Part shown: piece by piece, positions 20,122 to 30,427 of the stretch
How the letters are laid out: every line of letters begins with the position of its first letter
Numbering within the stretch: position 1 is the first letter of the stretch
Source: Mayamaea pseudoterrestris
Lineage: Eukaryota
Length of the DNA stretch: 64,000 nucleotides
Assembly: GCA_027923505.1 (NCBI GenBank)
Contig: BROI01000028.1
Span: 186,001-250,000 of the forward strand
Direction of reading: 5' to 3'
The notes under the pieces: generated by a model
The model's input: the letters and a program-made list of their open reading frames with translations, nothing else
Told to the model about the DNA's origin: nothing
Databases searched by the model: none
Made by a program: the position numbers and the translations under genes

Positions 20122-21243
20122 ATGACCAATGTTATAGAAAACGATGTATTGGAAGGCTCGGCTATTCCAGTCATTGACCTCGCTAATAAGTCTGAGAAAG
20201 CGCTGATTGAGCAAATCGCGGACGCATGCTCAACGTTTGGATTTTTTCAAGTGAGCAATCACGGAGTTGCGCCCAATACCATTGAGGCATTTCGCAATGC
20301 CTGCAAGCAATATTTTGCTTTGCCATTGGAGATGAAGAGGAAATGGAGACGAAATGAAGGAAATGCACGGGGATTCTTCGACGATGAACTCACTAAGCAG
20401 CGAAGGGATTGGAAGCAGTGTTTAGATGTCGGCGTACCAGGCTCACGCGACTGGAATATACCCGACGATGATGTTCAAAATGACTGTTTGGATGGAAGTA
20501 ACAAGTTTCCGTCGGACGAGGAGCTTGCAGGTTTTCGAGAAGCGGTGACTGCCTACTTTGATGAGTGCGTCGAATTGTCTCATCGACTTGCCATTCTCAT
20601 GGCAAAGGGAATTGTTTCGAATGGCACTGAAGAACCGCTCATTCAGGATTTGCATGCTAGTCACACATCCTATCTGCGATTGAACTATTATCCAGTTTGT
20701 GATTCTGACGAACTTCCACCTCCGCTTGGCATTTCGCCGCACAAGGACGCTGGCTTTTTGACGGTGCTACTGCAGGACGATGATTGCCACTCGTTGCAAG
20801 TCTTCAAAGACAATCAGTGGCTGACCATGCATCCCGAACCAAATACGTTTACAATTAACACTGGCGATATGGCACAAGTTTGGTCCAACGGCGTATATCA
20901 AGCACCCTTGCACCGCGTCTTGGCCAATCGCGAAACGATTCGATACTCGGCGCCATTCTTCTACAACCCAAGCTATGCAGCGTGGGTCCAGCCAGTGGAT
21001 TCCAATGACGATGCTAAATATCATCCTGTACTTTGGGGTTACTTTCGAGCAGTGCGATTCGCAGGCGACTTGACGGATCTTGGCGTAGAGATTCAGATTC
21101 AAGACTTTGAAACGTCCAACGAAAAAGCTTCGCATCACCTTGAAAAGCAACAAGTCTTTGCTACTCAAGCTCGCTTTGACGAGCCTTTTAGCGTTATAAG
21201 GTACCGTCCATTGTTGGCGTCTGCGCCGGACGACGACTATTGA
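20122..21243 (+). CDS. 2-oxoglutarate/Fe(II) dioxygenase, IPNS/DIOX_N family
   Basis: IPVIDL, GFFQVSNHG, LRLNYYP, HKD...H facial triad and RYS motif. Confidence 0.9.
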   Translation: MTNVIENDVLEGSAIPVIDLANKSEKALIEQIADACSTFGFFQVSNHGVAPNTIEAFRNACKQYFALPLEMKRKWRRNEGNARGFFDDELTKQRRDWKQCLDVGVPGSRDWNIPDDDVQNDCLDGSNKFPSDEELAGFREAVTAYFDECVELSHRLAILMAKGIVSNGTEEPLIQDLHASHTSYLRLNYYPVCDSDELPPPLGISPHKDAGFLTVLLQDDDCHSLQVFKDNQWLTMHPEPNTFTINTGDMAQVWSNGVYQAPLHRVLANRETIRYSAPFFYNPSYAAWVQPVDSNDDAKYHPVLWGYFRAVRFAGDLTDLGVEIQIQDFETSNEKASHHLEKQQVFATQARFDEPFSVIRYRPLLASAPDDDY

Positions 21244-21540
21244 CCTTGTCGATCCAAGCCATAAACGAGTCGCTCAATTAACTCGAACATGTTCGACGAA
21301 TCTTACGAAACGTAGTAGTATGAGTTTGCTATTTACAATGATATATTAAGTTGAATCGGAAGATGGTCCGTTTCATACAACCCATACGTACCGGTAGGTA
21401 GGACAACACACTTTATCGTTACATACGACGCTGTCGCAGCGATATTCCGGCGACAGCGCGCCAAATGGTGCGGTCCGTTTCACCATGGCCAAAAGATCGT
21501 TCTATTTGCTGTATCAAGTTGTCCACGGCAAAGTGAGGCC

Positions 21541-23934
21541 ATGAAAAACTGCGTAACGATCCTATTACGCACTCTGTATATTCTTCTTGTCGTCATTGGA
21601 TGCTGTAGCTACGTTGCATCCTCGTCCGCCGCCTCCCAGCCCGACGGCAAGCAACATCGCGACAAGGGCGTCGCATTGTATCAATCCAAAAAGTACGACG
21701 AAGCAGCCGAGGAGCTATGGTCGGCTGTCATTTTCCACGCACAAACGTCCGAGCCTTACAATGTGCAGGAAGTGTTTCAACTCTTCCTCCAGTGCTACGC
21801 CGTACAAAACAAGCTCGTTGAAGGATTTCTCTACGTGGCGGAACAAAGCTTTCTGCGAGGGCAAAAGGAAATGGGCGTGACGTATCTAGAGCAAGCGTTG
21901 CAAGTGGATCCAAACAATGTCGAGGCGATTCGAATGCAGCAGCGACATGTTGGCGTCAAAATCAATGACGACGGCGAGACGGACTTGGAGAAGGACTTGA
22001 TTGGCAAGACACCGGAGGAGCTATACGAGATTGCATCCGAAGCCTTTGCAAAACATGAGTTTGAGGAGTGTGCAGATGTCTTTGAGTTGAGCTGTCAGTC
22101 GTCGGGCTACCAGCTGGGTCCATCCTGTGCGAATGCTGTCTACTGCCGCACCAAGCTTTTGGATTGGGGCTTCAACGGCAGTCTGTATGACGCGGACATG
22201 GAACGCATTAGCCAATTAACAGAAAAGGAAACAAAGGAATTTCGCGTCGCTGCATCCGACGATCGCTTCGTATGGAACCGAGCTGCATCGGTTCATCCGC
22301 ACATGACGCTAGGCTATCCCATTGACCCGTTGTTGAAGCGATATGTTGCCGAAAGCGTGGCATACATGGATGAAAAGATGGCAAGATTCACGCAGCGGGG
22401 CGACAATGTCCTTGATCCGCTTCCAGATGACATGCCATTTGATGTCGAAAGGTATCGGCAACGATTCCATGCCGATCAGAAGATCCGTATTGGGTTTGTC
22501 TCAAGTGGATTCAATTCCAAAGCTGTAATGTTTTTGTCGCACGACATGTTTCGTTTCTTTGACTATGATCAGTTCGAAGTGCATATCTTTTCTTTCGGTC
22601 CACCAGACAATCCGCTCTTTTTGGAACACGGAATGCGTGGAGTGGATTGGCGGGAACGTGTGAAGAACAACGTCGATCACTTCCATGACATGCAAAAATT
22701 TACAAGCAGTCACGTCAATGCTGCTCGATACATTCATGAGCAAAACATCCATATACTCGTTGAATGGGATGGGTATGCCAGGCAAGGGGAGAGAGCCCAG
22801 GGACTCTTTGCCCTACGGCCGGCACCTCTGCAAATGCTCCACCAAGAGTACCTTGGCACAAGTGGGGCGCTATACGTGGACTACATCTTTTCGGATCTCA
22901 TATCGACGCCCCCAGAGACGCAAAGGCTATTCACTGAAAAGATTATCTACATGCCAAACCATTTCTTTAGCAAAGGCCACGCATACCAAGTGGAGGTGAA
23001 ACAGCCTACTGTCGCGTACGCACCAAAGAGCCCGGTGTATGTGCACGGAACTGGAAGTCCTCAAGAGAATCGGTGTATGGCACCTCCAGATTCGGGACCG
23101 GAGCGACCGTCGTTTGTCTATTGTAATTTCAATAAATTTTTGAAAAACAATCCGGAGACGCTCAGAAGTTGGGTTCGTATACTCCGCGAGGTGCCCGGGT
23201 CAATGCTATGCCTTTTGGAATATCCGAAGGAAGGCATTCCATACCTTCGCAAATTTGTACACGAGGCAGCTGGAACGTCCGACAATAACAGTGACTTTGA
23301 GAGTTTTCAAGCCGCTGATGGCGATGAGTTGAATACTCGCATTCATTTCCTTCCATGGGCTCGCAATCCCTTTGATCACCAAATGCGCAACCAAGATTTT
23401 TGCAACGTCATGCTTGACAACTATCCGTACAATGGACATACTGTGGCTCAAGACGCGCTGTACGGTGGCGTTCCCATCGTCACTCGGAGTGACGGTCTGG
23501 ATATGAGCTCCCGAGTCACTACGTCGGCAAACATTGTTTTGGATATCCCAGCAATGAACGCTTACAATGGGACGAAGGAGTACGAGGAGATTGCGATCCG
23601 GATAGGCACTGATTCAAAATTTTACAATTCCGTGAGAGAAAAGATAATAGCGTCCGCGTTGCAGCGGAACCCGATGCATCCATACTGGGATGTTGCGCGA
23701 TACGTGAAGAACTTTGAATTTGGGTTGAAGGTCGCCTGGGAGCGTTTTGTTAATGGAGAGCGGCCTGATCACATTTATGTTAAAGAAACGGAAGCTGCTG
23801 CGCGAGGGACATACGACGAGGAAATTCTTGCTCACGATAAGGATGGCCAGCATCGGCAACGACGTCAGCATGAATCTTTGAACGATGATCCTGGAGACAA
23901 TCCTGCGACCGATGATGGACTTGACGAGCTGTAG
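21541..23934 (+). CDS. GT41 O-GlcNAc-transferase-like protein with signal peptide, TPRs and C-terminal DEL
   Basis: Hydrophobic N-terminus and TPR-like helices. GT41 motifs RIGFVSS, FALRPAP, GTSGALYVDY, YCNFNKFLK and YNGHTVAQDALYGGVP. Ends GLDEL*. Confidence 0.85.
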   Translation: MKNCVTILLRTLYILLVVIGCCSYVASSSAASQPDGKQHRDKGVALYQSKKYDEAAEELWSAVIFHAQTSEPYNVQEVFQLFLQCYAVQNKLVEGFLYVAEQSFLRGQKEMGVTYLEQALQVDPNNVEAIRMQQRHVGVKINDDGETDLEKDLIGKTPEELYEIASEAFAKHEFEECADVFELSCQSSGYQLGPSCANAVYCRTKLLDWGFNGSLYDADMERISQLTEKETKEFRVAASDDRFVWNRAASVHPHMTLGYPIDPLLKRYVAESVAYMDEKMARFTQRGDNVLDPLPDDMPFDVERYRQRFHADQKIRIGFVSSGFNSKAVMFLSHDMFRFFDYDQFEVHIFSFGPPDNPLFLEHGMRGVDWRERVKNNVDHFHDMQKFTSSHVNAARYIHEQNIHILVEWDGYARQGERAQGLFALRPAPLQMLHQEYLGTSGALYVDYIFSDLISTPPETQRLFTEKIIYMPNHFFSKGHAYQVEVKQPTVAYAPKSPVYVHGTGSPQENRCMAPPDSGPERPSFVYCNFNKFLKNNPETLRSWVRILREVPGSMLCLLEYPKEGIPYLRKFVHEAAGTSDNNSDFESFQAADGDELNTRIHFLPWARNPFDHQMRNQDFCNVMLDNYPYNGHTVAQDALYGGVPIVTRSDGLDMSSRVTTSANIVLDIPAMNAYNGTKEYEEIAIRIGTDSKFYNSVREKIIASALQRNPMHPYWDVARYVKNFEFGLKVAWERFVNGERPDHIYVKETEAAARGTYDEEILAHDKDGQHRQRRQHESLNDDPGDNPATDDGLDEL

Positions 23935-24113
23935 CATGCGATGCGGGCACACTCTGGTGCGATACGCCAGTTCTGCTCTACTTTCATTCAAATCATTAGC
24001 ACAACGTGTACATATGCTATTTCGTTAAGGCCTTTTCTTATATTTAATCATCGTGCGCGCTTCATGCAGTGCTTTACATTGCACACCGGCATGTACTGTA
24101 CGGACCTATCGTC

Positions 24114-25415
24114 TTACGCACTCTTAGCTTTGCCGCTTTTCGACAATGGAACATTCTCCAGGGACTTGTAGTATTGAATGCCCTCACTCTCCTCCACGTA
24201 GTGGCAGGTCCGCGCAATCCTCCACATGGCCATGTACCACGGCGTCGGATCGTAATTGTACAATCCCTTTGGCTCCAGAAACGCCTTGACCTTTTGTGTG
24301 GCAATGCCAGCATTGTACCAAGGCATTTCGTGAAACAAGTGATGAACGACATGAGTCGATCCAATCGTATGGTGAAAAAAGTCAAAGATTCCATACGGCC
24401 GATCAATGGTGCTGAGGGCGCCCTTGACCCACGTCCACTCTCCCTCGCCGTAGTGCGGAACGCTCGGATCGCTGTGCTGCAACCACGTGTACAAGACCAA
24501 CCAAGCGTTGACCACCGTGTAGGGGCACCAGTACCAAAGAATGACGGCAAGACTTCCATACTTGTTCATGGCGCAGACTAGTCCAATCACAGACGCAACG
24601 ACTGTCACGGTGGACAATAGAATCTTGGCAGAAATCTTGGCCGGAAACATGGGCGAGGATGGACGAAAGTGATCCATGATTCGGCCATTGAGCGGCTTGC
24701 CGTCGTGCCCAACCTTGCCCGTCGATGCCATGCCCAGTAGATACAAGGGCCATCCAATGGCAAGATGCGACCAAATTTGAAAGGCGGCAAAGGCGCCGTC
24801 GCCCATGGCTTCGTGCATGACGGCATAGAACGAATGGCGCTCGCCGTTGACCAAGCCATTGTCGACTGCCGTCGATGGAACGTGCGACTCGCCTTCCGTC
24901 AAGTGATTGGTGCGGCGATGATGCTTGGCGTGAGTGTACTGCCAGGCAAAGTATGGTACCAAGAGTGCTTGGTGCAAGACAAAGCCAACAATGTCGTTGA
25001 CGGTTTGCGAGTCGCTAAAGGCGCCGTGTCCACATTCGTGGGCAATGACCCATGGTCCAGTCATGATGGTTCCCATCCAAAAGGTGTAAAAGGTCCAGCC
25101 AAAGACGAACTTGAGTATTTCCAGTGGATTTGAGAGAGAGGGAAGGTCTGTCGAAAGTACTTGAGAGGTTGCGTAGACAAAGGCTGATGCAATGAGCATG
25201 TCTCGTGCCAGATAGGCGAAACTCCAAAAGTAGCTTCGCTTGAAGCATTCAGCTGGAATGACTGCCTTGATTTCACCCTTGGATGGAAGCTCTGGTGCAT
25301 TCTTGTCGAGAGGATTGTAGCCCGTTTTCCATACTGTTGAGCTTGAGGAATCATTCTTTGCCGACGTGGATGCCGCTTGCTTGACGGCGACTCGTTGTTC
25401 ACCTCCCTTGCCCAT
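24114..25415 (-). CDS. FAD2: Microsomal delta-12 fatty acid desaturase
   Basis: MGKGG start, His boxes HECGH, HAKHH and HVVHH, and the GALSTIDRPYG motif. Confidence 0.92.
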   Translation of the reverse strand: MGKGGEQRVAVKQAASTSAKNDSSSSTVWKTGYNPLDKNAPELPSKGEIKAVIPAECFKRSYFWSFAYLARDMLIASAFVYATSQVLSTDLPSLSNPLEILKFVFGWTFYTFWMGTIMTGPWVIAHECGHGAFSDSQTVNDIVGFVLHQALLVPYFAWQYTHAKHHRRTNHLTEGESHVPSTAVDNGLVNGERHSFYAVMHEAMGDGAFAAFQIWSHLAIGWPLYLLGMASTGKVGHDGKPLNGRIMDHFRPSSPMFPAKISAKILLSTVTVVASVIGLVCAMNKYGSLAVILWYWCPYTVVNAWLVLYTWLQHSDPSVPHYGEGEWTWVKGALSTIDRPYGIFDFFHHTIGSTHVVHHLFHEMPWYNAGIATQKVKAFLEPKGLYNYDPTPWYMAMWRIARTCHYVEESEGIQYYKSLENVPLSKSGKAKSA

Positions 25416-25786
25416 AATGTATTAAGTAGAATGTATAAAGTAGTAGCTAGTAGTGTTGACAATGAAGTGGAGGTGCGGCAGAGTGCTGTATTGTTGTGGA
25501 CTCGCACGAAAGAATCTGTGAGGTGGACCACGTCCTCCAAGAAAAATGCCGATGATGATGCATCGACAATGCCGACGAGTGGTCGGCTTGGCGACGAGGA
25601 CAAGAAATCCTCCTCCATGCGATCGGTAGTGCACGATGCATGCATGTTCAATAGTCATCAAGGGAGTGCTTGAAACAAGGCCATTGACTCGGATCGGAAA
25701 TCCAAACCTCGTCATCACTTCGGAGTCGGTCACAATTTGTCGCAGCGGCTATCAAGATGTCGTAGCGGTATTTTCTCTGCAAGGCG

Positions 25787-26778
25787 ATGGAAGCGTCGCC
25801 ATGGACGCTGCAATCGAGCATCGCATACGGTTCAACCATGACTACTACTGCTTTCCCCAATGTCGACGAGGCGTCATTTAAGGAGAATGTAGTGGTTCAG
25901 ATGTCTCCAGCGAAGACTTGCAGCTTCATACGACCAAATTTACAGTCGGAAATTACCAAACAAGTCATTCGCAAAAAGCTGTTCAAGCAGCGGCACCTGA
26001 TCATTGAAAAGGCCATTGATCCAGCCTATTTGGATTCCCTCTTTCCACAAATCATTCGACTATTCACTCCTCAAACCGTCTACTACAATGGAGGCGTCGC
26101 CAAAGTACCAGAATGGAAGATTTCATGCTACGTAGAAGTCATGCCGGGCGGAATACCAACGACGGAACCAAACTTGCTGCTTTTCGAACTGCTCACGCCG
26201 CTTCTGGAGCAATGCAATCAAATGTTTCTGCACTGGTATCGACAGCAGCATGCCTGTAATAGCAGTCGCCGCAGTCTGCTGAATTTAAAACGATGCAACG
26301 ACAAGAATGACGCTGCTGCCGAGAATGTGAATGGCGAAACGCCGAACAACACCACATCAACTCAACTTTCGTGCCATCGCCTCATGACATTCATTACGCG
26401 CTACACTCCCGCTCCAGGCGAGCAAGCCTTGCTGAAACATGTCGACGGAGCTGGCAAGGTGGATGGAAGCATTGTGGTGGCGCTGCCCATGGAAGCTGGC
26501 AAGAAGTTTACTGGAGGAGGTTTGACTGTTTGGGATGGAAAGGATGCGTCAACCAAGCGAACGTTGGAGACGCACTATGAGACTCGAAATGGAGATGTTG
26601 CGTTTATTGATAGGTGAGACTGAAGGGTGACTGTTCGTGTGCTAGAGAGCGTTGCACGTCACTCGTGATGCTCATCGGCTTGTTTCTTATCAGAGCTGTA
26701 TGGCATCAAGCTGATCCAATCACTGAGGGTACTCGCTGGGCTCTCGTCATCTTCTACAAGGTCGAGACGTCGTCGTGA
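25787..26778 (+). CDS. 2OG-Fe(II) oxygenase (prolyl/lysyl-hydroxylase-like); intron 26614-26693
   Basis: RY...LLKHVD and FTGGGL. Spliced exon 2 supplies AVWHQADPITEGTRWALVIFY (distal His and Arg). The start codon is uncertain (25787 or 25838). Confidence 0.8.
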
Positions 26779-26933
26779 ACCAGTGTGCAGCATGCTACGC
26801 ATGTGGCTAGCACACCTTGAGAAGGACCACGCGTCATGCGATGCACGCCATCTAACATGATCTATACTACCACTTTCTCTAATAAAGTTTAAAAGTTGTC
26901 TAGAAAAGCGAATTTACAGTAAAAAGTAGTCGT

Positions 26934-27623
26934 CTATTCCCATCCAGCGTCCGAGGAGGCAATCACGTATGCGGCAACGTTGGCAATGTCTTCGTCACTC
27001 AAACGTCCACCAAAGGCAGGCATGGCGTTCTTTCCGCCAGTCACTTGGGTAATGACAGACTTTTCGTTACGGCCTCCCGCCAAGTATTGCTCGAGTGCCT
27101 CCTTCTCTAGGGTTTTTTCGGGCATGATGACGTTCTGTCCACCGGCATGGCATGCGGCGCAGTTGGCGTTGAAGACTTGCTCTCCGGCACCAACGTCACC
27201 GGCAAAGGCAGGTTGGGCGATTAGAAAGGCAGCGGCTCCGGCGGCGGCAGCACCTTGGGCGACCTGTTGAAGAGGAGAGGGAATGCAAACGTGTCAGAGA
27301 CGGGACGGGTGATGTCAGTGGAGGTCGCCCATTGCGGCTTCGAGGTGCGAATGCTTGACGTTGACTCATCCATGATCACCATGAGGGAATGGGTCACGAG
27401 GGTCATCAAAGGCCACAACATAAACTCATCGTAATACAACATCTTTAACGGTTCCAGACGCACGCAAACATGACATGCCGACGTGTGACAGTCGCGTGCT
27501 CGACACGGGCTTGCACTTTCGAAGCCAAATTTTTCGACTGACCTTTCCGAAATCAACCTTTGGTTGGTTTACAGTGAACGCAGACGCACTGGCGAGAAGG
27601 GTGGCGGCGATGGTGATCTTCAT
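26934..27623 (-). CDS. petJ: Cytochrome c6, nuclear-encoded with tripartite targeting; exons 27623-27543 and 27263-26934
   Basis: ASAF signal cleavage, AFA lumenal cleavage, CAACH heme motif and GKNAMPAFGGRL. Confidence 0.95.
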
Positions 27624-27982
27624 GGTGATTAATAATTGATTGCTTTGACACTGAAAATGGAAGGCAACGATCGGAAGGATACCAAGGCGAGGAAAGCAAC
27701 ACGTCATTTTACGTGGGTCTGGTAGGGAATTCTACGGGCTCCGAAAGGTTGAGGAAATCTTGCTTCCGGGTCGATGGCAATGGTGTCCACCTCAAGTCGC
27801 AGTGTGATTCAACGAGCGACGACGTCGAATGATGCGATGGTAGCACTTTAGCTAATGCATACGGTACCTACGATGTATGCACAAATTGAGCAAATGTAAT
27901 ATGTGTTGACTTATTGGTAAATCACTAAACTAATGGAAATATGAACATTGCCTCCCGGAATGGACTGGCGTGACACCGAGGT

Positions 27983-30023
27983 TTACACCCGCGTCATTTC
28001 TGCGGCAGCGCCGACAGTCTTTTTCGGGTAGTACAATCTCCAGGCTGCATTATCGTACATGCCTCCTAGCTCCTCGCAGAAGACGTCCATGTCGCGCTTC
28101 GTTACGGTGCCATCGCCATTCGTGTCGGCAAAAGAATGAACGAATTCTGCTAGAGTCAGCTCCCGATCGTCCACTGAAACGCCAAGGTAATCTCGCAACG
28201 CTTTTTGAATTTCCTGCACCGATACAGTGCCATCTCCTGTTCTGTCGAGCATCTTGAGTCGTTCCTCCGATGAGGAGCATTCGTCAAGCCCGCATTCCTC
28301 GCCGAGTTCCTCGCTCATGGCTTCCCAAACCTTTCGCCAAAGGTTACGGGCAAAGTATGACATGAGCTCCGATTGAACATTGAGGTAGGCTCCCTTTGGC
28401 GGCAGGACTTCGGGGTAATCCTTGTAGTATTCGGTAAAGGGAGGACTTTGACCATTCGTCAAGTCGCTCACCTTTGTGGCGACTCGGTATATGCGGTCCG
28501 GGTCAATCGGCTCCTCCGCCACATGCGTGATGACGGGAGGATGCTGCGAAAAGTCTTCCTTGATGCCCTGATCATACTGCATCCAACCTGGGATTGGGTC
28601 GCCTGCATGCGTTGCGGCAATACCTTCGGCCAGTAACCATCCAGGCATTGGCACGACACCCACCACTTCGTCACTCTTGACTTCCGCCTCGAGCGCTTCG
28701 AGCGAAAAGAATGACCCAGGAGCATAGTCGGCATTTCCGCGAATGTTTCCACCCATCAGGAGGACAGCATCAATCTGCAGAGATTTTTGGCGTCTCGATA
28801 CGTTCATGGCCGAACGAATAAGGCTGCAAATGTACTTGCCCATCGTGCAAACACTTCCTCGCGAGTTGTTTGAAGTCAGCGGTTCAAACGTTGGAGGTAC
28901 TCGAGCTAGTTCCGTATTCTTGAGCGGTTCCAGTGCGTCGTACGCTCGTTCGTTCATCTCCTCGTCCACTGGATCTGGCTCCCAATCTTGGCATCGAACA
29001 AAACGCGAACGAATCTTTGGTTTGCCGGCAGCATTGTCGGGCCAAGAAATCTCCAAAACAGTCGCGTACTCGCCGTTCATGCCAGGTTTAATAAGGCGAG
29101 TTCCTTCAACGACTTCGTCAACGCGATGATGATCGTGTCCAGACAAAATAACGGGAAAGTCAAACTCGCGGCAGGTTCGATGATCATCCGGCACGTAGAG
29201 ATGTTGCAATGGAACGACCAAGTCACACTTGTGCTCCGGACCTTCCAAAAGTGCCTTGTATTTTGTAAGTGTAGCCCAGGGATCATTTATAGTCGCTCCT
29301 CCAAACGCTCCTGGAGCTTTGAAATGCGAATACAAGCCTGGGTCGTCGGACAAAACGGCAATTAGGCCAACCTTGCGCTTGTTGCTACCATCTGGTGAAT
29401 CGAGTTCAATCACATCGTACTCCTGCTGGAACTCCATCCTGCCAAAATAATGGAACCAAGTCAGGCGTCGGCTCCACAACCAAGCAAAACGTCATTGAAA
29501 AACTGCTCACTTACGCTTCATGATCAAGCATGTTGCTGTTCAACCACTTTCCTTTGAAATTTCGAACATGCTTGCACACTGTCTTGTGTGCAATATCAGC
29601 CTCATGGTTACCCCACGTCAGGTATGTCAAGGGAATGGAATTGAGCGCGTTCATCATACCTTTGCCCTGATCAACACTACTCAGCAGATAGGGCGATAGA
29701 AAATCGCCAGTCAGCATACAAACGACAGTTGCGTCTGCGTTCCGCTTCGTCTCCTCAAACAGGGTTTTAAATGATGCAAGATTCTCGAGTGTATAAACAT
29801 CAGTAATTTGTAAAACAATCAACCTTGCCTCTGACGGTTCAACTGGAGATGGTCCCCATTGCTCGGCACTTTCATCGACCTTGTCTTGGTTCGTCGGGGC
29901 GCGTCCTCCGCCTGTCCCCTTCATGCTATTACGTTTTTGGCTTGGAACGGCAAACGACATGACTAAATATATCTTCTCCCACGACACTATGTATATGAGT
30001 GCCAGCAGCAATGAAGTGCGCAT
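27983..30023 (-). CDS. 5'-nucleotidase/apyrase-family metallophosphoesterase with C-terminal EF-hand pair; intron 29514-29439
   Basis: Motifs TDVY, GDF, GNHE, GHDH and GGNIRG. EF loops DRTGDGTVSVQE and DTNGDGTVTKRD. N-terminal signal-like segment. Confidence 0.85.
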
Positions 30024-30427
30024 GATGACGACGAACCGAATTTGAGACCCTCGCGCCCGAGTCGCCAAGATTTCCATCGCCTTCGAACGAGCTTCGTCAT
30101 TCGTCACATCATGGTTTCGAAGAAAGAAAACGTGAAGATCGAATGCCGCCGAACCCAAAGAGAACAAAGTAAGCTAAAATAGTCGCATGTACACCGATGC
30201 GACTTTTGACACGATCGAATGCAGCACAAGGTGGGCGAACAACTCTCCACACGCACCTACCTACCAGTAGGTTAGCAAAGCCCTTACACATTGCTGTAGC
30301 TTCGAGTCAGTGCTTGCCTATTATACAATGTCAGTGTGCTTCTATCATAACAAGCTATGATATCGGACCTCGCGCATTTTTAACTTCTGCGCGAATTCAA
30401 GCTACACAGGGCCACAGGGCCAAACGT

